Source of the DNA: a virus
Taxonomy: Duplodnaviria > Caudoviricetes
Length of the DNA: 64,000 bases
Strand: one strand, 5' to 3'
Virus record (IMG/VR): IMGVR_UViG_3300048672_000970
Span: 128,001-192,000 of that record
Under the pieces are notes generated by a model. That model searched no databases, was not told the origin of the DNA, and was given only the letters and a program-made list of their open reading frames with translations. The position numbers and the translations under genes are program-made. This document shows, piece by piece, positions 37,901-45,978 of this stretch (positions are counted from its first letter, which is position 1; each line of letters starts with the position of its first letter).

Positions 37901-38868
37901 CCAATAACCAAGTATCAACCGAAATTAACGCATTGACTGGAGAACGAATTGGTAATATCAACTCGAACGGGTTGTTTAGCTGGGATACTTCTTTCCACGA
38001 TAGTTACCTGCCGGTCAATACGCAAATTTCTTTCCTGTACGGAAATACGGGGACGAATGAGATGGTGAAAGTTAACATGACTGAACGCATTCATTTCTTT
38101 GTCGATGCAGGTAATTTGATTACTGATTCATTCAAAGAAGAAACTGTATCAGTCACGATGGTTGAATCGGTAGTGACGAAAGTTAAATCAACGTATGATG
38201 ATGCTTTTTCGGGTATCGTCTTGGATGGTGATTTTAACGGATTCTTGCCCGGCTATTCAAATTTACCATACGATGCTGAACTATTGTCCGGTGTTGGTTA
38301 TTATGACTATGGCTATGCCTTGTCAGAAAATTTCCAGAAGGCGAAAGAGCTGTTAGCAAAGCCGTCCTTGACTCAGGATGAAGAACAGCTTTTACGGGCG
38401 TTAGAAGGGGCTGTGGGCGCGTTTGTTAACGGGACGGTAGCTAACACCACCTTCGCCCAATTCGTCACCAATTTGGACATCATGCTGCCCGCCAGTCAAA
38501 CGCCAAATTTCGGTATTCCGGCGTTAGGTGTTGCGATGGATTTGCAAGACAATCCGGCAGAAACTTCGGCAACTGGTATCAATGAAGCGTTAGTGCTAGT
38601 TGATGGAACGGTGGGCATCATTTACTTGTCGAGTAAAAACGTGACTGGAAATCCATTAGGAATAGCTTATGCGGCAATTGACAGTAACATCGTCATGCCG
38701 ATAGGTGTTACGTCTGTAGAAATAAATTTCACTCAAGACATTGCTTCGCCAGTTTTTTACAAGTGTGAAGTGGGAGGGGTGGTTTCTATTTTGGTTGCGA
38801 CACAGTTAAATTCACGTAAATACTCTTTGAGTGGTGTTGGCTCGAATTGTAAATTATTTGTGGGCTGA
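34966..38868 (+). CDS. large virion structural protein, 1300 aa
   Basis: LIDYINDTKPFRSKL start; repeated F.V.GS.SG..G...F beta-domains shared with the upstream protein. Confidence 0.65.
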   Translation: MSNNTYIQSLIDYINDTKPFRSKLSEVVEEYHFTDVVNAAITDKLVLKEISRPVSKFDYYSNGVPISMQLHPLNLVGDTGWFYGPGQNSAYTVGVSESTELANIPFQYGKKHYTYSSDASIFRQGTLAEEELLENHDFLNVRGSMQFQINQTHNPDGSANPLYTLTDEVNLISDAASQKAGCINFLIALFTYVLNYTQNVSVYSAVNAELHLLLIDLDNNVLPTDFTALQYAFSLISAPDLALIPDFTLTWFNSQLQKSSSGLFTGMYSNEAVKHAASYSFNNYADSVIGISSITVPANTLLEEFSLVAVSPTQFQVYGSDSGFLGSFIAGASFTSAKVSFNTSMVGSPTIGYTVKLTAKNTISIHPDANLETWNIVKINPKNYTRPVVDSDSYGYFTSANGKNTIQFLTETISGMMIFEAQSASTFKIECGSYQSTFSCNTPFNDGVLSFTFVKGSYDYQVGDRFYIEVVNPAPVIRDFGLYFGYDAFGYDGFDANSPAWLKNLNVTNDSRFPAVSSIDVSLSVVPTALSKSYRLVALPDETNPYNILQKDGTTNNKFDITSPDPSISQAVYDAVAFQVNSHVSSTHSPATGTDITLWHVAQFSVQAFENNGWVEKQIANIGDTVSIDGVTLTIPAKPYLATKVFYSQYLTDDVNSLFTETVTNGDMYFFTVDNQPTSIKEWYKSSVNFPHVIIHAKNMGAAIDAKWTITKQSSGFLLAGLYTSGNNAGSQIYAKNLTELSYQDSYLHFTIDAGKIGMQNGDKLEFETHASPFEYAVYGSYSGFTGYAKFNEWFSNGKIGFKLVPPTINLFENNTLITNGISAAGQIGVQGNKVGTYVLKGMGSKWALYLGTQLLGIGVNSIQTTDISVTMPNPTMATVIIQILSPFDFPFGHNSSIVINKLPQTGNVVNLKKTSFDYMQLAFSAPITAVTPLIPESIDLRFIDQVLVSDLTKYNVTSPELYLNRNFIPLDVKRPTYANNQVSTEINALTGERIGNINSNGLFSWDTSFHDSYLPVNTQISFLYGNTGTNEMVKVNMTERIHFFVDAGNLITDSFKEETVSVTMVESVVTKVKSTYDDAFSGIVLDGDFNGFLPGYSNLPYDAELLSGVGYYDYGYALSENFQKAKELLAKPSLTQDEEQLLRALEGAVGAFVNGTVANTTFAQFVTNLDIMLPASQTPNFGIPALGVAMDLQDNPAETSATGINEALVLVDGTVGIIYLSSKNVTGNPLGIAYAAIDSNIVMPIGVTSVEINFTQDIASPVFYKCEVGGVVSILVATQLNSRKYSLSGVGSNCKLFVG

Positions 38869-38891
38869 CCCTAAGTTAAAGGAGTGATGAA

Positions 38892-39287
38892 ATGGCTGAT
38901 CGTAAAGAACTTATCCGTGCAATGATTAATGCACTAATTTTTGACAAGACTGATGAGGCGAAGCCGAATCTGGCGGCGGCGATGACTGAGCATGCCAAGG
39001 AGTTTTATGGCATGGCGCAAGCGGACGTGAAGGAAGCCGTTAATGAAGCTAAAGATCCAGTGGCTGACGTAACTGTATCAGTAGCAAAGCCGTTCGGTTT
39101 TCAAGATGAAACGTCTGAAGAAGTGGCGGAAGAATATGGTGTTGAAGTGAAGGTGATGAAAAGCAAGCTGAAGGTGTCAGGTTCTGCCAAGTCGGTGAAG
39201 AAGTTTCTGAAGGCGGTGGTTTTCGCTGATCTGAAGTCGAAGGAATTTGCCGTGAAGTGCGAGGAAGAATTCCCCGAACTGTGCTAA
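38892..39287 (+). CDS. putative prohead core/head-internal protein
   Basis: SD AAGGAG; charged helical N-terminus reminiscent of T4 prohead core proteins. Confidence 0.45.
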   Translation: MADRKELIRAMINALIFDKTDEAKPNLAAAMTEHAKEFYGMAQADVKEAVNEAKDPVADVTVSVAKPFGFQDETSEEVAEEYGVEVKVMKSKLKVSGSAKSVKKFLKAVVFADLKSKEFAVKCEEEFPELC

Positions 39288-39304
39288 TCTGAAGTCGATG
39301 GAAT

Positions 39305-39342
39305 AAAAGGGTTGGGATGAAAGTCTCAACCCTTTTTGTTTT
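39305..39342 (+). terminator. intrinsic terminator
   Basis: AAAAGGGTTGGGA...TCTCAACCCTTTTT. Confidence 0.8.
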
Positions 39343-39351
39343 GTGAATCAA

Positions 39352-39358
39352 GTAAATA
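39352..39358 (+). promoter_or_regulatory. late promoter (GTAAATA)
   Basis: Heads the 39.4-42.5 kb operon. Confidence 0.6.
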
Positions 39359-39382
39359 ATGGAAATGAACTTAGTGAAATCT

Positions 39383-39910
39383 ATGCCCACTCCCTTACTG
39401 AAAAAATTAGCGCATCAATCCGGCCTGTCACTGAAAGAAGTGGAAGACAAATGGGCTGAAGCTAAACACACCATTCCGATGAATAAGTATTACTGGCCGG
39501 AAGTCGTTTCATTGACAAAAAAGTTGATTGGTCTGAAAGAGAGTATGGAAAATACCTCTTACGAAGAACTACTCGGATTTCTGTTATACGCCAGAAATGT
39601 TGCTCATATTCAGCATTGGAAGACGACCAGTTTTTCTGAACACATGGCACTAAATGATTTATACGATTTGCTGTCAGAAATGACTGATTCACTGGCCGAG
39701 ATGTATATGGGCGTTTATGAGCTTGGCAACATCCCCCAAGCCAGTGCAGATTTTGACACCAAGACTCCTGTTGCATTTGTTACACAATTGATGGTTGACT
39801 TGAAAGAATTTAAGAGTAAACTACCGGATGATGGCTTCATCGTGAACAAGTTTGAAGAACTGCAGGGCGAGATTAGTCAAGTCCTTTACAAGCTGAAGAA
39901 CCTGAAATGA
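39383..39910 (+). CDS. two-domain late protein: small helical N-domain plus ferritin/Dps-like domain
   Basis: MPTPLLKKLA...KWAEAK...YWPEV; then AHIQHWKTTSFSEHMALNDLY...DSLAE...LYKL four-helix metal-binding pattern. Confidence 0.65.
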   Translation: MPTPLLKKLAHQSGLSLKEVEDKWAEAKHTIPMNKYYWPEVVSLTKKLIGLKESMENTSYEELLGFLLYARNVAHIQHWKTTSFSEHMALNDLYDLLSEMTDSLAEMYMGVYELGNIPQASADFDTKTPVAFVTQLMVDLKEFKSKLPDDGFIVNKFEELQGEISQVLYKLKNLK

Positions 39911-40596
39911 AACTGGTAAATTTATTTGAATCCTCTCAGAAGGTTATCTCATGCACCCTTGATGGCGGGTCAATTGATTCCACAAGTATTGAAAATTTCT
40001 TTTCCGTCTGGCATCCGGAATTTGCTAGTAATACATCTTTTCCCCTAGTGTGCAATCAGCAAAAGGCGCCATCTATCTTGACCGGGCAAATTGCGTGCTT
40101 GATTGATACTTTGTGGTTTTGTAGCGGAAAATTAGTCAAATATTATCCACCTTCAGAATGTTCTTTCAAAGATATTGTGTATATTGAAATTGATGGCTTG
40201 GCTGAGGCACTTGATTATATGCGGGTTCATACTGCCATGAACTCGGATGCATTTACTATCAACAGCGGTGCGCCACGCAGCCCCTTGCGCAATTTTGTCG
40301 TTGAGGGTATCAAAGAGGTGGGATATGTCGATCAGGAATATTTGGCAACTTTACTAGCCGCCGAAAAATACGTGAAAGAACATTTCAATGATTCTGATGC
40401 ATATGATGCACTAGAAGATGGTTTCAGTCACGCTGTCAAACTGTTCCCATCCCTTCGAGAACACGGCATGACCCCGCAGGAATTTTATGGCTCGGTCAGT
40501 GTTGGGGGCTGGCGGAAGAATTTTTTAGACCGTATCAAAACTTTCATTCCATATGCTATAACGACCACCATTATTAACGACCAGTCACAGAAGTAA
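39907..40596 (+). CDS. LFES-tagged paralogue 1
   Basis: MKLVNLFES; ...DSDAYDALEDGF...EFYGSVSVGGWRK. Confidence 0.75.
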   Translation: MKLVNLFESSQKVISCTLDGGSIDSTSIENFFSVWHPEFASNTSFPLVCNQQKAPSILTGQIACLIDTLWFCSGKLVKYYPPSECSFKDIVYIEIDGLAEALDYMRVHTAMNSDAFTINSGAPRSPLRNFVVEGIKEVGYVDQEYLATLLAAEKYVKEHFNDSDAYDALEDGFSHAVKLFPSLREHGMTPQEFYGSVSVGGWRKNFLDRIKTFIPYAITTTIINDQSQK

Positions 40597-40608
40597 AAGG
40601 AAATATAT

Positions 40609-41250
40609 ATGAAACTGGAATCTTTATTTGAATCGGCTGCATCTTCTATCGACTTGCTCGATTACTGTTATCGGACAGAAGCAGGTACTCTTGCTTGGCT
40701 GGGTAAGGATGGAAATCCGGAAGGCGACATTGACACTTATAGTCAAGGGTACAGGTTCCTTGATAGCAGTAATCCGATTACGGATATGTCAATGTGGGTG
40801 CATATTTTTTATAACAACCCGACAGAACGGATTGGCGGTCAAATAGTGAAGCTTTTTTCCGCACCAACCGTAGGCAAAGGCATTCTGATTTTTGATGATT
40901 CTGCCAAAACCATTAAATCGGTTGAAATGGGTAGATTGGACTCACCGGCTAGCAAAGAGTATGACGCAAAATGGAAAATCGCCAGGGCGGCGCCGCACTT
41001 GAATAACCCGCGTGATGCGAGTCATGTAAAAGAAATGGCTAATTTGCTCGAAGAAGATGATGAATACCGTGACGCGATTGATGCATATTTTGTTGAAATG
41101 CTGCGCGTAGTTGAAGGGTTGGAACTACCGCGATTTGTCATGTATGGAAATAAAAGCGTGAGTGCTATCCGCAAAATATATGAACAGCGGAAGCTTGGTG
41201 ATACTGTACCGTCGATGGTGGCGTACAACAAAGTAATGCAAGGGAAATGA
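40609..41250 (+). CDS. LFES-tagged paralogue 2
   Basis: MKLESLFES; EDDEYRDAIDAYF...VMYGNKSVSAIRK. Confidence 0.8.
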   Translation: MKLESLFESAASSIDLLDYCYRTEAGTLAWLGKDGNPEGDIDTYSQGYRFLDSSNPITDMSMWVHIFYNNPTERIGGQIVKLFSAPTVGKGILIFDDSAKTIKSVEMGRLDSPASKEYDAKWKIARAAPHLNNPRDASHVKEMANLLEEDDEYRDAIDAYFVEMLRVVEGLELPRFVMYGNKSVSAIRKIYEQRKLGDTVPSMVAYNKVMQGK

Positions 41251-41251
41251 T

Positions 41252-41905
41252 ATGAAACTGGAATCTTTATTTGAATCGGTGGCAGTGGATTTGCTCGATT
41301 ACCTTCTACCCGATGCGGACGGTCATGGTGGGTATGGATGTATTGTTTCAAAACTTTCAAATGTGGTTACTCGCGTCAAGCGGGGATGGTATTCTAATGG
41401 ATGGCAATCTTACAATTATATGCAACCGAAACTATATGGCGAACCTTTTCTTGTCCCATCTTCTCAAGGAATTGCAGGTCAAATGGCATTACTGCTGGTT
41501 TTAGACTGCCATGCTGTTATAGACGTTGTTGATGAAAAACAGCATGAGCTGACGGTTATTAAAACGGAAAAACTGGCAGATATTTTTGAAAAGATGCTAG
41601 CACGAGTTGAGGTGTTAGCACATGAATATATACAAACATCACCTTCCCAGCAATTTCCCGAAAGCACATTCAAACAAATCCTTGAAGATGATGAAGTATT
41701 CAACGATTTCATAGATGCGTTTTTTGCAGAAGCCACTAGACTGATTAATACTACCACACTTTCATATGGGATGAAGTACGGGAAAAATACACCAGCTTCC
41801 ACCAAGAAATTATTCAAAAAGTATTGCATTGAAACCCACACTGCGATCGCTTTTGCTGCCGCGAACCAATCTCAAGAAGTATCAGACGAGGATTACGAGG
41901 AATAA
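41252..41905 (+). CDS. LFES-tagged paralogue 3
   Basis: MKLESLFES; DDEVFNDFIDAFF...MKYGKNTPASTKK. Confidence 0.8.
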   Translation: MKLESLFESVAVDLLDYLLPDADGHGGYGCIVSKLSNVVTRVKRGWYSNGWQSYNYMQPKLYGEPFLVPSSQGIAGQMALLLVLDCHAVIDVVDEKQHELTVIKTEKLADIFEKMLARVEVLAHEYIQTSPSQQFPESTFKQILEDDEVFNDFIDAFFAEATRLINTTTLSYGMKYGKNTPASTKKLFKKYCIETHTAIAFAAANQSQEVSDEDYEE

Positions 41906-41906
41906 T

Positions 41907-42554
41907 ATGAAACTTAATACTATTTTAGAATCTTCAAGCAAGATTGACCTGCTTGATTATACAGACCGTAAATATGCTAACGGGCCGGTTAAATGGATAG
42001 ACGCTTTGCGTCCTTTGCACGACCAAATTAGCCGGGACGTTACCAACGGATTATACGATGGAATAGACGCAGTTCGTTCCATTGCGGGTGGGTTTATAGC
42101 ATATAACCCAGACAGTTTATCAGTTGGTGGGTTTGTTGCGATTTTGTTCAGTTTCGGATTCCGGGACATCCAAGTATTTAACATGGGTGATAAAACCGCC
42201 ACAGTACGAAACATGCCACATCTTGCGAAAACACTTTCGCATTTAGGTGAAGTAAGTCGTAAAATCGGTGAAAATCATTCAGAATTAACAGACGAGAACG
42301 ATACCACCCAATATAAAAAGATGGTAGAGTATCTGAAAAATGATGATGAGTATCAAGATGCGCTTGATGCGAGTTTCGCCGCCATCATGGATTTCGCCAG
42401 AAGTTTAGAACTACCACATTTCGTCATGTTTGGAAATAAATCGGTGGGGGCCATTAGAAAACTATTTGACAGGTACGGGATTGAAGACCGGGCCAAACAT
42501 CTGATTGGGAATAATAAATTTTACCAGCAGACTGTTGTTGAATGGGATAGCTGA
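41907..42554 (+). CDS. ILES-tagged paralogue 4
   Basis: MKLNTILES after SD GAGGA; NDDEYQDALDASF...VMFGNKSVGAIRK. Confidence 0.8.
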   Translation: MKLNTILESSSKIDLLDYTDRKYANGPVKWIDALRPLHDQISRDVTNGLYDGIDAVRSIAGGFIAYNPDSLSVGGFVAILFSFGFRDIQVFNMGDKTATVRNMPHLAKTLSHLGEVSRKIGENHSELTDENDTTQYKKMVEYLKNDDEYQDALDASFAAIMDFARSLELPHFVMFGNKSVGAIRKLFDRYGIEDRAKHLIGNNKFYQQTVVEWDS

Positions 42555-42626
42555 GTTGAAGCAGCCCCTTCAAAAACCCGCTGAACAAATGGAAGCTTAA
42601 TTTTGTAACAAAGTGTAAAAGGTTTC

Positions 42627-42655
42627 TTGACTGGCTTGCTACCAGTCGTTATACT
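42627..42655 (+). promoter_or_regulatory. near-consensus sigma70 promoter TTGACT-N17-TATACT with AT-rich upstream tract
   Basis: Exact 17-bp spacer; precedes ORF 42686. Confidence 0.85.
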
Positions 42656-42685
42656 CTACCCATACCAATTTACTGAGAGAAAAAC

Positions 42686-43294
42686 ATGGCTGTTCATCTG
42701 TTTCGCACTTTCGCTGCTGACCTTGACAAAGAGACTGGTAATCCGTTCGGCGAGTTTCATAATTTTGTCCGCGCGCAAACCGCCACACCCGAATATGATC
42801 ACCGTAATATATACACGCTGTATCCCAGCGCGATGGTGGCCGAACCGTTGTATGGGCAAGTGTTCGCGCTCGTGAATGGATACGGTTCGCCGATTTTGCG
42901 CATTGGTACGTCATTTGAAGAAGCAACTCAGTTGTTTCCCGGACTGAGTGACGCTGTTAAGAAAGTGTGCGATCTGAAGTCTGCTCTCACAGCCCAACTG
43001 ACGGTGGAACAAGAAAATGTACCCGAGTTCAAGGAATGGAAACACCTCAGTGCTTGGGATTATAACGAGCCGCGCCCTGCTAATTTGATCACTATTGTCC
43101 AAGCCCATATGGCTGACGATGAGGAATACCTCGACACGATTGATGCATTTTGTACTGCCGCCATTCGTCTCACACAGGTATCTGACGTGCTGACGTTCCA
43201 AGAATGGTTTGATAACGCATCTGTTGGTCAGGCGCGCAAAACTCTTGAAAAATATTTCATGGGTAAATTCTTCTTCAATTCGTGGGTGATTTAA
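42686..43294 (+). CDS. untagged paralogue 5 (sigma70-driven)
   Basis: ADDEEYLDTIDAFC...EWFDNASVGQARK; no LFES leader. Confidence 0.75.
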   Translation: MAVHLFRTFAADLDKETGNPFGEFHNFVRAQTATPEYDHRNIYTLYPSAMVAEPLYGQVFALVNGYGSPILRIGTSFEEATQLFPGLSDAVKKVCDLKSALTAQLTVEQENVPEFKEWKHLSAWDYNEPRPANLITIVQAHMADDEEYLDTIDAFCTAAIRLTQVSDVLTFQEWFDNASVGQARKTLEKYFMGKFFFNSWVI

Positions 43295-43296
43295 TC

Positions 43297-43881
43297 ATGC
43301 TCATCGAATTGTTTGAGCGCCTTGCTACCAATACGGCTTCAGCAGAAGATTGGGCAGCATTTGAAGTAGAGAAATGCCTAAGAGTTGTTTTTGATGCAGA
43401 TAATCTATCGCAAGGGATTATTTTTTATTTCAACACTTCAAAACACTTCACGCATTCTGGGCAGGTGGTATTTTTCCCATTAGTATCACCACTAATAGCT
43501 GTTCACGATGCAGACGCAGGATTTGGAAACATGCCGAAATTTTCAGCCGGAGCTATTTCGGGCATCATCCAATGCAGGGGAACGATGGATGAAATATGCA
43601 AGAACGAAATAGCTAAACTAGATAACCGAGATGAATCTACCCAACCTAACTATACCCGTCTCGCCAGTGAGTTAAAATCGTGTGAACAGTATGAAGAACT
43701 GGTTGAATCAATGTGCGCTAAAATCATTGCGTTTACCAGACAGCCACACGTTCCATTAACCCATGATGAATGGTTTGGCGGCGCGAGTATTGCCCACATC
43801 CGCACTCTCCTTCATAAATTTCTTTTCAGTGAATACTACCTGAGAAATCGGGTACAAAAGTTCCACACCAAATCATTGTGA
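43297..43881 (+). CDS. paralogue 6 (MLIELFER leader)
   Basis: SCEQYEELVESMC...EWFGGASIAHIRT. Confidence 0.7.
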   Translation: MLIELFERLATNTASAEDWAAFEVEKCLRVVFDADNLSQGIIFYFNTSKHFTHSGQVVFFPLVSPLIAVHDADAGFGNMPKFSAGAISGIIQCRGTMDEICKNEIAKLDNRDESTQPNYTRLASELKSCEQYEELVESMCAKIIAFTRQPHVPLTHDEWFGGASIAHIRTLLHKFLFSEYYLRNRVQKFHTKSL

Positions 43882-43912
43882 TACAATGAGCTTTCTTGTA
43901 TCTTTTTGAAAG
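43879..43912 (+). promoter_or_regulatory. extended -10 promoter/leader cassette, copy 1 of a 34-nt direct repeat
   Basis: TGATACAATGAGCTTTCTTGTATCTTTTTGAAAG; two mismatches to 44563-44596. Confidence 0.7.
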
Positions 43913-43919
43913 AGGTAAT

Positions 43920-44549
43920 ATGCACCAACGTAAATTAAATTTACTTGATATGGTTAAACTACCCTCAACCCCTTTTATTAAGCCGCCGTGGTATGATTCG
44001 CTGAAAGCGGTGAGCGCGCGAATTGAAGCCGCGCTGCCACCCCCATTAAAATATGATGCATGGGTTGAGTGCAATTGGTTCATCCCAATCAACGATAGGG
44101 ATGCATCTGTAACTGGATTTATAGTTTTATTTTTCCTTAACGTCTATCACCTCCCCGACGACCCGGCGACGAAGATCGCGGTGTATGACATGGATACTTT
44201 ATCGCGTCGGGTCATCAAATTGACTCCATTAGAAGCAGCGATAAACGCTATACAATTATCTACGCAGAAAATAGTAGATGATTGTATATCAGATGCGTCA
44301 AACTACAAAGAACGTGCTGAAGCCATTGAAAATGTAAAGAATGTTTTGCAAGAAAACGATGCATATAATGATGCCATTGACACTTACTTTCGTGAAATAC
44401 TTTATTTGTGTAGAGTTAATGACCTCCCGTATAACGTGATGTATGGAGATAAAAACATCGCGGACGTTAGAAAAGCATTCTTTTTCCATATGTTTGAAAC
44501 GTTCGCTGCAGATTTGGTTGATATTCATGGTCTTTACCAAGCAGCCTAA
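43920..44549 (+). CDS. untagged paralogue 7
   Basis: ATG 43920 after GAGG; ENDAYNDAIDTYF...VMYGDKNIADVRK. Confidence 0.75.
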   Translation: MHQRKLNLLDMVKLPSTPFIKPPWYDSLKAVSARIEAALPPPLKYDAWVECNWFIPINDRDASVTGFIVLFFLNVYHLPDDPATKIAVYDMDTLSRRVIKLTPLEAAINAIQLSTQKIVDDCISDASNYKERAEAIENVKNVLQENDAYNDAIDTYFREILYLCRVNDLPYNVMYGDKNIADVRKAFFFHMFETFAADLVDIHGLYQAA

Positions 44550-44562
44550 CGCGACCTTAACA

Positions 44563-44596
44563 TGATACAATGAGCTTTCTCGTAACTTTTTGAAAG
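44563..44596 (+). promoter_or_regulatory. extended -10 promoter/leader cassette, copy 2
   Basis: TGATACAATGAGCTTTCTCGTAACTTTTTGAAAG before the M16 gene. Confidence 0.7.
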
Positions 44597-44604
44597 GACT
44601 ACAC

Positions 44605-45927
44605 ATGGCAACTCTATCCATTATTCATCCGCGCTACCATAACATCGAATACTCTGTTATGGATTTGCCCGGAACAAACTTCTTCAAGTTTGAAATCCAT
44701 TCTGAAATGGGTGCTCATATTGAACGGTCTTATCCAAAGACGTTACCGGAACATGAAACCAAGAACATTTATGGCATTTCTCATTTGATTGAGCATATGT
44801 CGTTCAAGAGTCCGGCTGATTACACGACCGACGGGCTGATGGCTAATCTGAAACGGTATGGCACTTATAACGCCTGGACAAACTTTGAAGAAGTGGCTTA
44901 TTACTTTGAAACACTCGCCGACCGAGAAAATGTCATGTGGGCGATTAGTATGGTGTTTAACATCGCTTTCAATGATTTGAGCAAAGTTACTCAAGAAGAA
45001 TTTGAAACTGAACGAAATGTCGTCTATAACGAAATCAAACGTTATCATGATGATGCCCAAACTATGTTCAGTTTCAGGTTTTCACCTAATATCTATGGCA
45101 ACAATGAATTTGACGACATTCTCGGCGACCCGGAAACCCTCATCAAATTCGACCTTGAAACTTTGCAAGAAGTGAAGCGCATCTTTATTAACGAAGCGCC
45201 GCTGACGATGACCATCACCTATGATTCTACACGTATGAATCTGGATGATATTTTCAGCATGATTGACGCTGAACGGGAAAAACTGAACCCAATGCATCCG
45301 AAGCTGGAGTACACGTATGACATGTACCTAGAAGGCATCAAATCGGTCGAATGGGACTACCGGATTAAGCAGGTGGCTTCAGATGCTTCCCAGCACCTTT
45401 ACATGGCTGCTATCCGCGTTCCTGTGCCTGAGATGTCAGTTCTAGCCCGCGCATGCGCTTCTTACATCGGACAATCTGCCCATAACGAAAGTTTGAACGA
45501 AATCATTCGTGAACAGCATGGCCTCACCTATGGCATTTCATTCAGTGTTGAAGAAATGACAAATAAAGAACTGGCGATGGTTTTCTCATGCGATGTCGAA
45601 CCTCAGAATGCTGATTTACTCGACACTCTGTTTGTTGATACTCTCCGGGCAGTAGTTGAAAATCTGACTGAAGAAAAATTCAACAACTATAAAGAAACTT
45701 TGCTGCTGAAAGATACGATGGCTCTTTTGAACCAACGTGCGCTGATGAATCTACACAACTGGCCTAATAATTGCACTGATTTTGGCAAGTATGAAGAACT
45801 GTTCAAGGAAGATGGCATGAAGGGGCGGGAGAAGGTTTTTGCCGAAGTGTTGACTTATCCTAAATTCCTGAGTTACTGCCAACGAGTAGTTGCGGGGATG
45901 GATAGTATGATTCGCATTCACACTTAA
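44605..45927 (+). CDS. M16 (insulinase/pitrilysin) family zinc metallopeptidase
   Basis: GISHLIEHMSF (HxxEH), YNAWT, ERNVVYNEI; C-terminal EIIREQHGLTYG. Confidence 0.9.
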   Translation: MATLSIIHPRYHNIEYSVMDLPGTNFFKFEIHSEMGAHIERSYPKTLPEHETKNIYGISHLIEHMSFKSPADYTTDGLMANLKRYGTYNAWTNFEEVAYYFETLADRENVMWAISMVFNIAFNDLSKVTQEEFETERNVVYNEIKRYHDDAQTMFSFRFSPNIYGNNEFDDILGDPETLIKFDLETLQEVKRIFINEAPLTMTITYDSTRMNLDDIFSMIDAEREKLNPMHPKLEYTYDMYLEGIKSVEWDYRIKQVASDASQHLYMAAIRVPVPEMSVLARACASYIGQSAHNESLNEIIREQHGLTYGISFSVEEMTNKELAMVFSCDVEPQNADLLDTLFVDTLRAVVENLTEEKFNNYKETLLLKDTMALLNQRALMNLHNWPNNCTDFGKYEELFKEDGMKGREKVFAEVLTYPKFLSYCQRVVAGMDSMIRIHT

Positions 45928-45928
45928 C

Positions 45929-45954
45929 AAAGGGGCTTCGGCCCTTTACTTTTT
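45929..45954 (+). terminator. intrinsic terminator
   Basis: AAAGGGGC-TTCG-GCCCTTT. Confidence 0.8.
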
Positions 45955-45961
45955 GTAAATA
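45955..45961 (+). promoter_or_regulatory. late promoter (GTAAATA)
   Basis: 17 nt before ATG 45979; restarts the tagged run after the peptidase. Confidence 0.65.
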
Positions 45962-45978
45962 CTGATTTGGACAAGTCT

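Noticed and set aside
43896-43919. MYLFER leader suggested by the ORF track
   Set aside because: It depends on a TTG inside the duplicated promoter cassette; the SD (GAGG) supports ATG 43920
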